From an uncultured Acidobacteriota bacterium (GTDB lineage Bacteria; Acidobacteriota; UBA6911): a DNA stretch of 64,000 bases. Positions 1 to 9,415 of this stretch are shown in pieces. Below the pieces are notes generated by a model. The model made no database searches, was not told where the DNA came from, and saw nothing but the letters and a program-made list of their open reading frames with translations. Location: contig CAWJKZ010000021.1 in NCBI GenBank assembly GCA_963843575.1, forward strand, positions 192,001-256,000, written 5' to 3'. Made by a program: the position numbers and the translations under genes. The stretch's first letter is position 1, and each line of letters begins with the position of its first letter.

Positions 1-132
1 GTCCGCGAGCGCCGCCCTGCCGGGACCGTTCCTGAAGCCGGAGGGCTGCGACGATCTTCCGCAGAGGTCGTCGCCGGGGACGATCTCCGGGATGCCGCCG
101 AGCGCCCGAATTGAGATCCTGCCGTTAGGCAC
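1..132 (-). CDS. cofE: F420-0:gamma-glutamyl ligase, N-terminus (runs off the window edge)
   Basis: Manual translation from GTG at 132 gives VPNGRISIRALGGIPEIVPGDDL, matching the CofE N-terminal GIPExxPGDDL motif; overlaps the cofC stop; not in the ORF track. Confidence 0.8.
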   Translation of the reverse strand, partial: MPNGRISIRALGGIPEIVPGDDLCGRSSQPSGFRNGPGRAALAD

Positions 133-787
133 CGAGCGCGATCCTTTCTGCCAGCCCCAGGGTCGACAGCAGCGCGTAGGTGCGGGTGTCGGAAGGCCGC
201 TGCAGGAATACGCGCACGTCGCCGGCATCGTCCAGGTCCAGGGCCAGTCGCGGGTTTTCGACGATGACGGGGGACGAGCCGGCGCGCAGCGCCTCCTGGG
301 TGTGGAGGACGAGGCTGCGGCGCGCCGAAACGCGAAGGGAAGAGGTCCGGCGGGGACCGGAGTATCGCGTTGGTGCCGGTGCCGTCGAGCGACGGGACCA
401 GGACCGTGCAACCTGGGCCGCCTGCCACTCCTGCCAGGGCCGCGACGTCTTCGGGAAGCACGAGCGGCACGTCGGCGGGGATCCGCAGGGAGCGGCAGGC
501 ACCCCTCGAGCGACAGCTGCCGGCATGCCGCATCCACCGACGCGCTCTCCGACACCTGCGTCCGCTCGCAGAAAACCCTCCACCCCAACCGCGCCGCGTG
601 GGCCGACGCGCGTTCGGAATTCGTCACGACGATCGACGGCCATCCGCGTCTGCGCCAGCGCCGCGGAGACATCCTCGAACATCGCCCACCACAGCGCCTC
701 CCGTTCTGGCGGCCGGAGTACGTGGGCGAGCCGGAGCTTGGCGGCGGCAGGTGCCTTGACGGGGAGGATCACGGCCTCGCGGTTCAC
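125..787 (-). CDS. cofC: 2-phospho-L-lactate/PEP guanylyltransferase (internal frameshifts)
   Basis: VILPVKAPAAAKLRLAHVL...AMFEDV at the N-terminus and LALDLDDAGD at the C-terminus; GTGA overlap with the cofD stop; the middle part is out of frame. Confidence 0.85.
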   Translation of the reverse strand: MNREAVILPVKAPAAAKLRLAHVLRPPEREALWWAMFEDVSAALAQTRMAVDRRDEFRTRVGPRGAVGVEGFLRADAGVGERVGGCGMPAAVARGVPAAPCGSPPTCRSCFPKTSRPWQEWQAAQVARSWSRRSTAPAPTRYSGPRRTSSLRVSARRSLVLHTQEALRAGSSPVIVENPRLALDLDDAGDVRVFLQRPSDTRTYALLSTLGLAERIALGA

Positions 788-1716
788 GGGATCATCTCCA
801 GCAGCCGGCGGGCGAGCGCGACCCGGGCCGGCGGGTCGTCCATCAGGAGCGGCGCCGGACGCGGGGAAATACCGAGGCTGGCAACCCGGGCGCACTGGTC
901 GCCGTCGAGTGCGTCGAGCAGAAAGATGTCGACGAAATCCCGGTACAGCGCGGCCACGCCGGCGGCCGAGACGTCGTGGCCCAGTTGCCGGAGCATCTCG
1001 GCCGTGGGGCCTTTCACGGCCCGCCCCGCGATGACGGGGCTGACGGCAAGCACGGGATGTCGTGGCTTTCACTAGCGCCTCCCGGATCCCGGGCACGGCC
1101 AGGATGGGCCCGATGCTGACGAACGGGTTGCTCGGGCAGACGATCACGGCGTCGGCCTGCGCGATGGCGTCGAGGACGCCGCCGGCCGGCTGCGAGACGT
1201 CGGCGCCCAGGTAGGTGAAGCCGTACTACGCGCGGTGCGCAGCGTCTCGCGACGAAATATTCCTGGAAGGGAAGATCGCCCTCGGCGGTGTGGACGAGGG
1301 TGGGCACCGGGCTGTCCGTCATCGGCAGATACGCGGCTCCGGACCCCTCTCCGGCGGCACAGGGCGTCCGTCGCCCTCGAGAGGTTGGTGCCGCCAGACA
1401 GGAGGGAAGTCCGGTAGACGTGGGTAGCCAGGTCGCGGTCCCCGATCCGGAACCATCGCCGGCCCGCCCAGGCGCCCCATCTCGTCGAGCATGGCGAAAG
1501 TGTCGCCCTGGACTCCCCCAGCCGGTGTCCGCGTTGGCACGGCCCGCAAGCGTGTAGATGATCGTGTCGATGTCCGGGCAGACCCGGAGGCCCATCCAGT
1601 CGAAGTCGTCTCCCGTGTTGACGATCACGGTCAGGTCTTCGGGCGGCAGCGACTTCGACCAGCCCCGACACAAGCCTGGCGGCGCCGACCCCGCCGGCGA
1701 GAGCTGTGATCTTCAT
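784..1716 (-). CDS. cofD: 2-phospho-L-lactate transferase (several frameshifts)
   Basis: MKITALAGGVGAARL, VNTGDD..GLRVCPDIDT, WFRIGDRDLATH, FQEYFV, CPSNPFVSIGPIL and AVSPVIAGRAVKGP are distributed over successive frames. Confidence 0.9.
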
Positions 1717-1770
1717 CCTCGGCTCCGCGCACCCCCCGCCGCAGGCGGGAAGCGCTTCTCAGCATGCAGG

Positions 1771-2430
1771 CTACAGGCCCTCGATCCGGAAGCGCGCTCC
1801 CCTGCGCTTGTAGCGGCGATTGAGGGAGATGGCCAGGAAACGTCATGCGCTCCAGGGCCCGTGCCATCGCCAGGGGCCCGGCGTCAAGCGGCCGCAGGTG
1901 CGGGATCAGGGCCGCCGTCTCCATGACGCTGTCGCGCGCCGTCTTCGTATCGCCGCATACAAACACGTCGCAGCGCAGTTCGGTCCCGAGCTCCGCGAGC
2001 GCGTGCGCCGGTATGGTCTTGAAGGCGCACACCAGGGCCACACCTTCGGGGACGTGCCGTGCGATCCAGTTCCGCGTTCGAGCCCGATTCCTGCTCGACG
2101 AAGACGGGCCCCCCTGCCGTGAAGTCGATCGGTACGGTCACGTCGACCACGATCTGACCCGGTCGGAAATCGGCGCGGCAGGATTCCAGGGCCTCGACCG
2201 CGCCCGCGTACGGAACGGTGAGAAAGACGAGGTCGCACCGCGCCAGCATTTCAGCGTTGCCGCAGCCCTCGACCGCCTTTGCGCCGAAGCGTCGAGTTGC
2301 AGCCGTCGGCAGCGAGGCGGGCGCGCTCCGCCAAGCGGGACCCCAACACGACCGGGACCCCCGCCGCGGCGAAACGCAGCGCCAGGCCCTTGCCTTCTAC
2401 CCCGGTCCCACCCAGAAAACCGATTTCCAT
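1771..2430 (-). CDS. npdG: NADPH-dependent F420 reductase (several frameshifts)
   Basis: Manual translation MEIGFLGGTGVEGKGLALRFAAAG...; also VFLTVPY, IVVDVTVP, AFKTIPAH, DVFVCGD, LDAGPL, ISLNRRYK; next to cof genes. Confidence 0.85.
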
Positions 2431-2827
2431 CCCGACTCCCCCCGGCCACGGATAAAGGAAGTTCGAGTTGCCGTCCAGATGACGATAGCACGACCCGAAT
2501 GACTGCGCGTCAAGAATGCAATCCTTCGCAATTCTTGGAGGCCTTCGAGAAGCCTTTGAGGTCAGTATTTACCAGATAACCCCAAGGCGCCAAGAGCTCG
2601 ACTAATCGGCGAGACGGGTGCTCCCGGTTCAACCATTTGAGCATGAATATATGTCGCTGTGTATAGCATAACCCGAATGCGCAAACAGCCGTACCCGGCG
2701 ATGACCCGTATTCCCGGGCCGAGCCATTTCCGGAGGCACAAGGCCCTGCGCGTGGTATAAGAGAACATTCTGTTGACATGATCCGACGAGGGCAGGTCCG
2801 GAACGGTGCGCTCCGGACTGACACGAC

Positions 2828-2856
2828 TTGCCGCACTCGCGCTGTTTTCTTATAAT
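2828..2856 (+). promoter_or_regulatory. sigma70-type promoter
   Basis: TTGCCG-17 bp-TATAAT, 35 bp upstream of the ATG at 2892. Confidence 0.6.
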
Positions 2857-2891
2857 GTCCGTCGATTTAGGGCTTGAACGGATTGAGACCG

Positions 2892-3542
2892 ATGCATCTG
2901 GCCACGAACCGAATTTTCCTGCAGAATGTCGCCCGCGACTTCAAGCGGACCGGGGCGGTCGCCCCGTCCTCCAAGGCCCTGGCCCTGTCGATTACCGGTG
3001 AACTGGCGCGGCACTACAGGTCTCCTGCGTCGGTTCTCGAGGTCGGGGCCGGGACCGGCAGCATCACCGAGGAAATCGTCCGGCACCTCTCCGCCGGCGA
3101 CCGCCTGGACGTGTATGAGATCGACCGGCGCTTTTCCTCTCTGATCCGGCACCGCCTGAAGGAGGACCCAGCGTTCCGCGGGGTGAAGGCCGCCGTGAGG
3201 GTTTTCAACAAGCCGATCGAGGCGATCCAGCGCGAGCCGAACTACGACTTTGTCATATCATGTCTCCCCTTCACGAACTTCGCCCCGGACGCAGTGCGGA
3301 ACATCTTCGAGATCTACCGCGCCGTGCTGAAACCCGGCGGGATATGCAGCTTTTATGAGTATTTATTCATGAGGCGGGCCGTGCGCATCATCAGCGGCAG
3401 GCCCGAAGAGCGCAGGAGGGTGGCCGGGGTATCGTTTGTGGTCCGCAGCTACGTTACCACGTACAGCTACAAGCACGCCGTCGTCGTCCGAAACCTGCCG
3501 CCGGCCATGATCCACCACATACGCTTCGCCGACGCGGCGTGA
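2892..3542 (+). CDS. Class I SAM methyltransferase, phospholipid N-methyltransferase (PmtA)-like
   Basis: TGAVAPSS, VLEVGAGTG, YEID, VISCLPF, LKPGG motifs. Confidence 0.75.
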   Translation: MHLATNRIFLQNVARDFKRTGAVAPSSKALALSITGELARHYRSPASVLEVGAGTGSITEEIVRHLSAGDRLDVYEIDRRFSSLIRHRLKEDPAFRGVKAAVRVFNKPIEAIQREPNYDFVISCLPFTNFAPDAVRNIFEIYRAVLKPGGICSFYEYLFMRRAVRIISGRPEERRRVAGVSFVVRSYVTTYSYKHAVVVRNLPPAMIHHIRFADAA

Positions 3543-3620
3543 GTGGAGCAGGCCGTCCGCTCGCGCCGACACGGCACCGGAGGTCCCCCCATGCGTTGCC
3601 GAGACGCCCGACGGGTCACC

Positions 3621-3989
3621 ATGGCAGCCGTGGGGCTGTGGCTCCTGCTTTATGCGCCGACGGTGGGCTCGGGAGGGGTGGCCGAAGACGCAGACGTCGC
3701 CGGGACCTGGGACATGACGGTCGAGTCGCCTCAGGGCAGCGGGCATTCGACCGTGGTACTGCGTCAGGACGGTAGCCGGCTCACCGGTACCTACCGGGGC
3801 CGTATCGGCGAGAGTGCTCTCGAGGGCATCATCCACGAGGACCAGATCCGGTTTTCAGTCACCCTCAAGTTCAAAGACCAGCCAATCACCGTCACCTACA
3901 CGGGCAGTGTTGACAGGCAGACGATGCGCGGCACTGCGCAGTTCGGCGACTACGCTTCGGCCGACTGGTCCGCCAGGCGCAAGCCCTGA
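3621..3989 (+). CDS. Secreted hypothetical beta-rich protein
   Basis: Signal-like N-terminus; ADVAGTWDMTVESPQG...LTGTY...YTG pattern; start uncertain. Confidence 0.6.
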   Translation: MAAVGLWLLLYAPTVGSGGVAEDADVAGTWDMTVESPQGSGHSTVVLRQDGSRLTGTYRGRIGESALEGIIHEDQIRFSVTLKFKDQPITVTYTGSVDRQTMRGTAQFGDYASADWSARRKP

Positions 3990-4178
3990 AGGTCCCCCGA
4001 GAAACTTGCCCATCCGTGGATTTTGCCTGAATTCACTGATCCAGGTCCGCTCAGCGCCGTGCCGTGCCCGTCCACTTTCCGTGGTGGTATTCTTCTGATC
4101 ATAAGCGTCCACGGGGCTCTCCCCCGGCGCGTGTCGCGTCCGGGACCCGGTGGCGCACAGGGTGGCGGAGGCAGGGCT

Positions 4179-4574
4179 ATGGCCGATAAGGGTAGAAAGA
4201 CGGCAGCCGAGTGGAAGGAGCAACTTACGGCGGAGCAGTTCGACGTGACTCGGAACAAGGGCACCGAGCGTCCCTTCACGGGAAAGTACTGGGATCACCA
4301 CGAGGCCGGGACCTACCGGTGTGTCTGCTGCGGAAACGAACTCTTTCGTTCGGCCACCAAATACGATTCCGGTACCGGTTGGCCGAGTTTTTTCGCGCCG
4401 GCCTCGGAGCAGGCGGTGCGCGCCGTGCGGGATGACACTCACGGGATGATCCGAACGGAGGTGGTCTGCAGCCAGTGCGACGCCCACCTGGGGCACGTCT
4501 TCGATGACGGCCCCGCGCCCACGCGGCTCCGGTACTGTCTGAACTCGGCGGCGCTCGATTTCGAAGGCGGGTAG
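4179..4574 (+). CDS. msrB: Peptide-methionine (R)-S-oxide reductase
   Basis: [39 protein letters not shown]. Confidence 0.97.
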   Translation: MADKGRKTAAEWKEQLTAEQFDVTRNKGTERPFTGKYWDHHEAGTYRCVCCGNELFRSATKYDSGTGWPSFFAPASEQAVRAVRDDTHGMIRTEVVCSQCDAHLGHVFDDGPAPTRLRYCLNSAALDFEGG

Positions 4575-4735
4575 GCCGGATGCGAAATCCCCGCCTGGGG
4601 CGGGGTACACGTCCCTCGGACCCTCGATCCACGCTTGCATTTGCGCCTCCGATCGGGCAGCATTTTCTCAGGATTTCGGGTGCGGGCGGGTGTCTCACCA
4701 TCTGATTCGCCCTAGTTTAAAAATCCGGGGTTAGG

Positions 4736-5941
4736 GTGATGGGGCGGTTTCTGAGGGGCCTCGCGGGGCGGAGCTTTGTCACCTCGCAGTTGCTGGCTGT
4801 CTTCGGGTTTTCGCTGCTGCTCGGGGTCGGCCCGGCAACCCAGGCGTGGCAGGACACGCAGTCCACGCAGCGCCGCTCGGAAGCCATCACGCGGGAGGAG
4901 TTCGCTCACTTCGTCAACGACTACTCCGAAGACGACGGGTTCTTCAGGTCGGACAATTTCGTCTCCAACGAGACCTCGTACCTGCACATCCTCGACAAGC
5001 TGCACTCCCTCCAGGCGCATGGCGGCGCCTACATCGGGGTCGGGCCGGAGCAGAATTTCACCTACATCGCCAAAATCCGGCCCCGCATCGCCTTCATTGT
5101 CGACATCCGCCGGCAGGCCGTGATCCAGCACCTGATGTTCAAGGCCCTCTTCGCCCTGTCGGACACCCGGGCCGAGTTTCTCTCCTACCTGTTCAGCAAG
5201 CCGCTAAACGGGTCGACTGCCTCTTCGGGCGCCGCCGGCATCCGGGACACCCTTGAGTACTTCGCCAACACGCCGACGGATCCGGCGGCTTTTGCGCGCA
5301 ACTTGGCCCTCATCCGCCGGACCATACGGGACCAATTCGGAGTTCCACTCTCGGACCGGGACCAGACTTCCCTCGAGTACGTGTATTCCGCCTTTCGCGA
5401 CGAGAACCTCGGAATCCAGTACCGGTCGGGCGGCCCGAACTGGTCGGGTAGCCCCTGGGGCGACTTCCCGACGCTCCGGGAACTGATCCTGGAACCGGAT
5501 CTGACGGGGCGTCTGGGAAACTTTCTCGCCACCCAGGACGACTTCGATTTCGTGCGCCAGATGCAGCAGCAAAACCGGATCGTCCCAATCGTCGGCGATT
5601 TTGCCGGGACCAAGGCGCTCGCGTCGGTCGCCGACTACCTGAAGCGCAGCGGTTACTCCGTCACAGCCTTCTACACCTCCAACGTCGAGCAATACCTCTT
5701 TGCCAACGGCGTGTTTGGGGCCTTCGAACAGAACGTCAAGAGGCTGCCGATCACCGAGCACAGTGTCTTCATCCGCGCCTTCCCCAACATGCGCGACCCT
5801 CACCCGGCCCGGATCGGGAACCACCGGCTGACGACCCTGCTCCAGAAGATCGACGTTTTTGTCGACGACTACGAGCGGGGCGTCTACCAGGATTACTGGA
5901 CGCTCGTCACCACCCACTTCATCGCCGCCGAGGCCCGCTAG
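4736..5941 (+). CDS. Conserved exported hypothetical protein
   Basis: 401 aa ORF with an N-terminal hydrophobic segment; conserved-looking blocks SDNFVSNE, YIGVGPEQNFTYIA, FYTSNVEQYL. Confidence 0.75.
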   Translation: MMGRFLRGLAGRSFVTSQLLAVFGFSLLLGVGPATQAWQDTQSTQRRSEAITREEFAHFVNDYSEDDGFFRSDNFVSNETSYLHILDKLHSLQAHGGAYIGVGPEQNFTYIAKIRPRIAFIVDIRRQAVIQHLMFKALFALSDTRAEFLSYLFSKPLNGSTASSGAAGIRDTLEYFANTPTDPAAFARNLALIRRTIRDQFGVPLSDRDQTSLEYVYSAFRDENLGIQYRSGGPNWSGSPWGDFPTLRELILEPDLTGRLGNFLATQDDFDFVRQMQQQNRIVPIVGDFAGTKALASVADYLKRSGYSVTAFYTSNVEQYLFANGVFGAFEQNVKRLPITEHSVFIRAFPNMRDPHPARIGNHRLTTLLQKIDVFVDDYERGVYQDYWTLVTTHFIAAEAR

Positions 5942-6088
5942 CCCGGGTTTCGAACCGAGGACATTTTCATGCCGGACGACGGGAAAGGCTGAAACTCATC
6001 CCCACGCCGGGCTGCGGGCCCCGGGCGCCACATAGCTCTAATGCTCCGCACGGTGTGAACCGATCTGCACAATGGCGGCGATTTCCAT

Positions 6089-7570
6089 ATGAGCGAGCTT
6101 CCCTTGGCCCTGCAGCAGCGGCTCAGATCATGCCGGACACTGCCGAGCATCCCGGCGGTTGTCTTGGAGGTGCTGGACCTCTGCCAGCGCGACGATGTGG
6201 CCATACAGGAGGTGGCCAGAGTGCTGGCGCGCGACCCGGCGCTCGCCGCGAAGGTGCTGACGGTGGCGAATTCCGCCTGGTACGGGTTGCGTTCGCAGGT
6301 CACGACGCTGGACCGGGCGCTCGCCTTGCTCGGCATAAACGCGACGCTCAGCCTGGCGCTGAGCTTCTCGTTCGTGCGCGGACTGCGCGGGTCAGGGTGG
6401 GTGAGGTTTGATCATCAGGCCTACTGGCGCAGGTCGGCCATCGCAGCCACCGCCGCCAGGGTGATCGGCCGATACGAGTGCGACGCTACCCCGGATGAGC
6501 TCTTCCTTGCCGGTCTGCTGCAGGACATCGGCATGCTGGCGCTGAACGAAGCCATCCCGGAACTCTATGACCCGATCGTTGCCGAGGCGAAGGGCGACCA
6601 TCAAAAGCTGATGGTGCTCGAACGCGAGAAACTCGGGGCCGACCACGCAGCGAGCGGCGAGTGGCTGCTTCGGAACTGGAACCTGCCCGAGAAGCTGCAA
6701 AGGGCCGTTGCCGGCAGCCATCAGGCGGAGCCGGGTGCCGAGGCGGACTACTTCGCCCTCAGCGTCGCGCTGGCGGGCAGGGTGGCGGAGATCTGGACCC
6801 ACCCCGACAACACCGCGGCCGCCGACGCGCGCGAGGCTTCCATACGCCTGCTCGACATCCCAGCCGGGCGGTTCGACGAGATGCTGGGCGAGATCGCCCG
6901 GGCCCTGCCGGAGGTCACCGCAAACCTCGACATCGACATCGGGGGCGAGGAAGAGATCACCCGGCTGCTGGATCGGGCGCGCGAGGCGCTTGTGTCCCTG
7001 GTCATGCAGGCACAGCAGCAGGTACGCGAAATCCGCGAGCAGTCGCAGAACGACGGGCTCACCGGCCTGTGCAACCGCGCCCACCTCGATGAGGTCATGG
7101 CGGCCCGGTTTCTGGAGGCGCAGCGGATGGCCCAGCCGTTGAGCGTCGTCTTCATTGACCTCGACCACTTCAAGAGCATCAACGACGCCTACGGACACCA
7201 GGCGGGAGACCAGGTGCTGATCTCCGTCGCCGATGTCCTCCGGAATTGTCTTCGGTCCCGCGACGTGGTCGGCCGCTACGGCGGCGAGGAGTTCGTCGGC
7301 GTGCTCCCGAACACCCCGGCCGCGGCGGCCACGCTCGTGGCCGAACGCCTGCGTGCAGCGGTGGCGGCGCGGCGCCATCGGATCGGGGAAGGGCTGGACG
7401 TGGAGGTGACGATATCCGTGGGCTGCGCGACCGGCTCGCCCGAGAAGCCATTTCCCTCCAGCAAAGAATTGCTCGAGGCCGCAGATCGCTGCCTTTACGC
7501 CGCCAAGGGGCTTGGGCGCAACCGCGTGGTGGTGCTCAAAGATCTCTCCACGGCCGTGAACCAGGACTGA
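6089..7570 (+). CDS. HDOD-GGDEF diguanylate cyclase
   Basis: HDOD (LPSIP..DPALAAKVL..ANS, LLQDIG) plus DGLTGL, DLDHFKSINDAYGH, RSRD I-site and RYGGEEF. Confidence 0.93.
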   Translation: MSELPLALQQRLRSCRTLPSIPAVVLEVLDLCQRDDVAIQEVARVLARDPALAAKVLTVANSAWYGLRSQVTTLDRALALLGINATLSLALSFSFVRGLRGSGWVRFDHQAYWRRSAIAATAARVIGRYECDATPDELFLAGLLQDIGMLALNEAIPELYDPIVAEAKGDHQKLMVLEREKLGADHAASGEWLLRNWNLPEKLQRAVAGSHQAEPGAEADYFALSVALAGRVAEIWTHPDNTAAADAREASIRLLDIPAGRFDEMLGEIARALPEVTANLDIDIGGEEEITRLLDRAREALVSLVMQAQQQVREIREQSQNDGLTGLCNRAHLDEVMAARFLEAQRMAQPLSVVFIDLDHFKSINDAYGHQAGDQVLISVADVLRNCLRSRDVVGRYGGEEFVGVLPNTPAAAATLVAERLRAAVAARRHRIGEGLDVEVTISVGCATGSPEKPFPSSKELLEAADRCLYAAKGLGRNRVVVLKDLSTAVNQD

Positions 7571-7579
7571 CCCGCCGAA

Positions 7580-8362
7580 TCAGTCCCTCCGCCTTTCGGG
7601 CACCTTCAGAAGGCGTCGCAACTCGGACTCCAGTCCCGGTGCGCAGATGACGCAGTTCCCGGCGTCGATCCGTCCGGAACCGTCTCGTGCGAAAAAGGCG
7701 GCGCCGCATTCGCGCGAGATCACCCGGGCGGGCGCGTAGTCCCATTCCATGCCGCTGCCGCTCAGCCAGATGTCGGCCCTGCCCCGGGCCAGGGTCGCCA
7801 CGTCGTAGCATCCGCCGTAGCAGCGGACCGTCCAGCAGTTCCGGGTCAGGTGCCGGATCGCCTCCTCCGGCCATTGCCCCCAGGCCGAACTGAACCCGCT
7901 CACCATCAGGACCGCCTTGTCCAGTCTGGCGACCGTGGAGGCGGAGCAGGGCACCCCATTGCAGTAAGCGCCGCCCCCTGCGACGGCGTGATACAACTCG
8001 CCGAGGCAGGGGAAGTAGATGAGACCCAGCACGACCTCGCCCCCCTGCTGCAATGCGATCTGGACCGACCAGAAGGCGTTCCGCCGGACGAAATCCCGGG
8101 TACCGTCGATCGGATCCACCAGCCACCGCCGGTCCGACGAGGCCTTCCTGAAGGTGCCCTCCTCCCCGACGATGCCGTCGGCCGGGAAGGCGGCCGCCAG
8201 CGCGCCGCCGATCAGGGCCTCGCACTCCCTGTCGGCCTCCGTCACGGGGGAGCGGTCCGATTTCTCCTCGGCGGGGGTTTCACGGGCGAAATAGCTCAAC
8301 GCCAGCGCCCCGGCGTTGCGGGCGATGTCCTGTGCACGATCGAGTTCTGTCTGATACGGCAT
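7580..8362 (-). CDS. Inositol monophosphatase family protein (HisN-like)
   Basis: SPVTEADRECE, GEE, WLVDPIDGT, WDYAP. Confidence 0.9.
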   Translation of the reverse strand: MPYQTELDRAQDIARNAGALALSYFARETPAEEKSDRSPVTEADRECEALIGGALAAAFPADGIVGEEGTFRKASSDRRWLVDPIDGTRDFVRRNAFWSVQIALQQGGEVVLGLIYFPCLGELYHAVAGGGAYCNGVPCSASTVARLDKAVLMVSGFSSAWGQWPEEAIRHLTRNCWTVRCYGGCYDVATLARGRADIWLSGSGMEWDYAPARVISRECGAAFFARDGSGRIDAGNCVICAPGLESELRRLLKVPERRRD

Positions 8363-8545
8363 AGTCTCCCGGGATTCCCGCCCGATCCATGGTTTTTACC
8401 TCATTCGCCGGCTTTAGTCCACCCGAGTGGGCCGCGACGGCTCGACGCGGCTCCGGATTCGACTCGACCCGCTTTCGGGAAACAGCGTGCGGCACGCCCC
8501 CGTCATCTGCTATTCTCGCCGCACACAACAGATCGAGGGGGAATT

Positions 8546-9325
8546 ATGCGACGCCGAAGATTTCTCAAAGCCAGCCTGGCCGCCGGTGTGGCGGCGGGTA
8601 TCCCCGCTGCGGCCGCCGAGGTAGGGCCGAAGTATCTTGCTCTGGAATGGTATCGCTGCCGCCGCGACCAGGACGTGCAACGCCTGCGCGAGTTTTTCGG
8701 CGCATCGATGCTGCCTGCGTACGGCCGGGCGGGTCTCAGGACGGTCGGGCTCTTCCAGGTCTCGGTGGGTCCCGACAGCCCGTCGTTTCTCGTCCTGACG
8801 GAGTACGCGTCCATCGGGGCCGTTCAGGAGACCGCCGCCAGGCTGCTCCGGGACGAGAAGTGGTCGGCCGACCTGGTCGCCCTGGACGAGAAGTGGGACC
8901 TGGCGTACGACCGCCGGGAAGCGTGGCTCCTCCGCGGATTCAAATCTTTTCCGGGTATCGAGCTCCCCAAGACGCTCGAGCCTGGACGCGCCAACCTCTT
9001 CGAGCTGAGAATCTACGAATCGCGCAACCTGCAGGGACACCTGCGCAAGGTGTCGATGTTCGACAACGGCGAGATCGATGTCTTCCGCAAGGTGGGGATC
9101 GCGCCGGTGTTCTTCGGTTCCACCGTGTACGGGCCGAACCTGCCGAACCTGGCGTACATGATCTGTTTTCCGTCGATCGAGGCCCGCAGCGAGGCCTGGA
9201 CGAAGTTCGGCCAGGACCCGGACTGGAAGAGGATGTCCACCGCTCCCGGCAGCGCAGACCGGGAGCTCGTATCCCGCATTTCGAACCAGCTGCTCACGGC
9301 GCTGCCGGGGTCGCAGGTGAAATAG
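8546..9325 (+). CDS. Tat-exported NIPSNAP family protein
   Basis: MRRRRFLK twin-arginine leader; FELRIYES and AWTKFGQDPDW NIPSNAP-like motifs. Confidence 0.8.
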   Translation: MRRRRFLKASLAAGVAAGIPAAAAEVGPKYLALEWYRCRRDQDVQRLREFFGASMLPAYGRAGLRTVGLFQVSVGPDSPSFLVLTEYASIGAVQETAARLLRDEKWSADLVALDEKWDLAYDRREAWLLRGFKSFPGIELPKTLEPGRANLFELRIYESRNLQGHLRKVSMFDNGEIDVFRKVGIAPVFFGSTVYGPNLPNLAYMICFPSIEARSEAWTKFGQDPDWKRMSTAPGSADRELVSRISNQLLTALPGSQVK

Positions 9326-9415
9326 GAATACGGTTTTCACGGCCGCTCCCCAGCCCGCGAATGTCGGCGAAGCTTGTCGCTGTGAAACGCCGCCCCGGTA
9401 TGGTTAAATTTCTGT

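Noticed and set aside
2431-2891. ncRNA or riboswitch in the long, lower-GC intergenic region
   Set aside because: No recognisable conserved RNA motif; explained by divergent promoters. An Rfam search would be needed.
4179-4574. Selenocysteine MsrB
   Set aside because: The catalytic residue is an ordinary Cys codon (RYCLNS).
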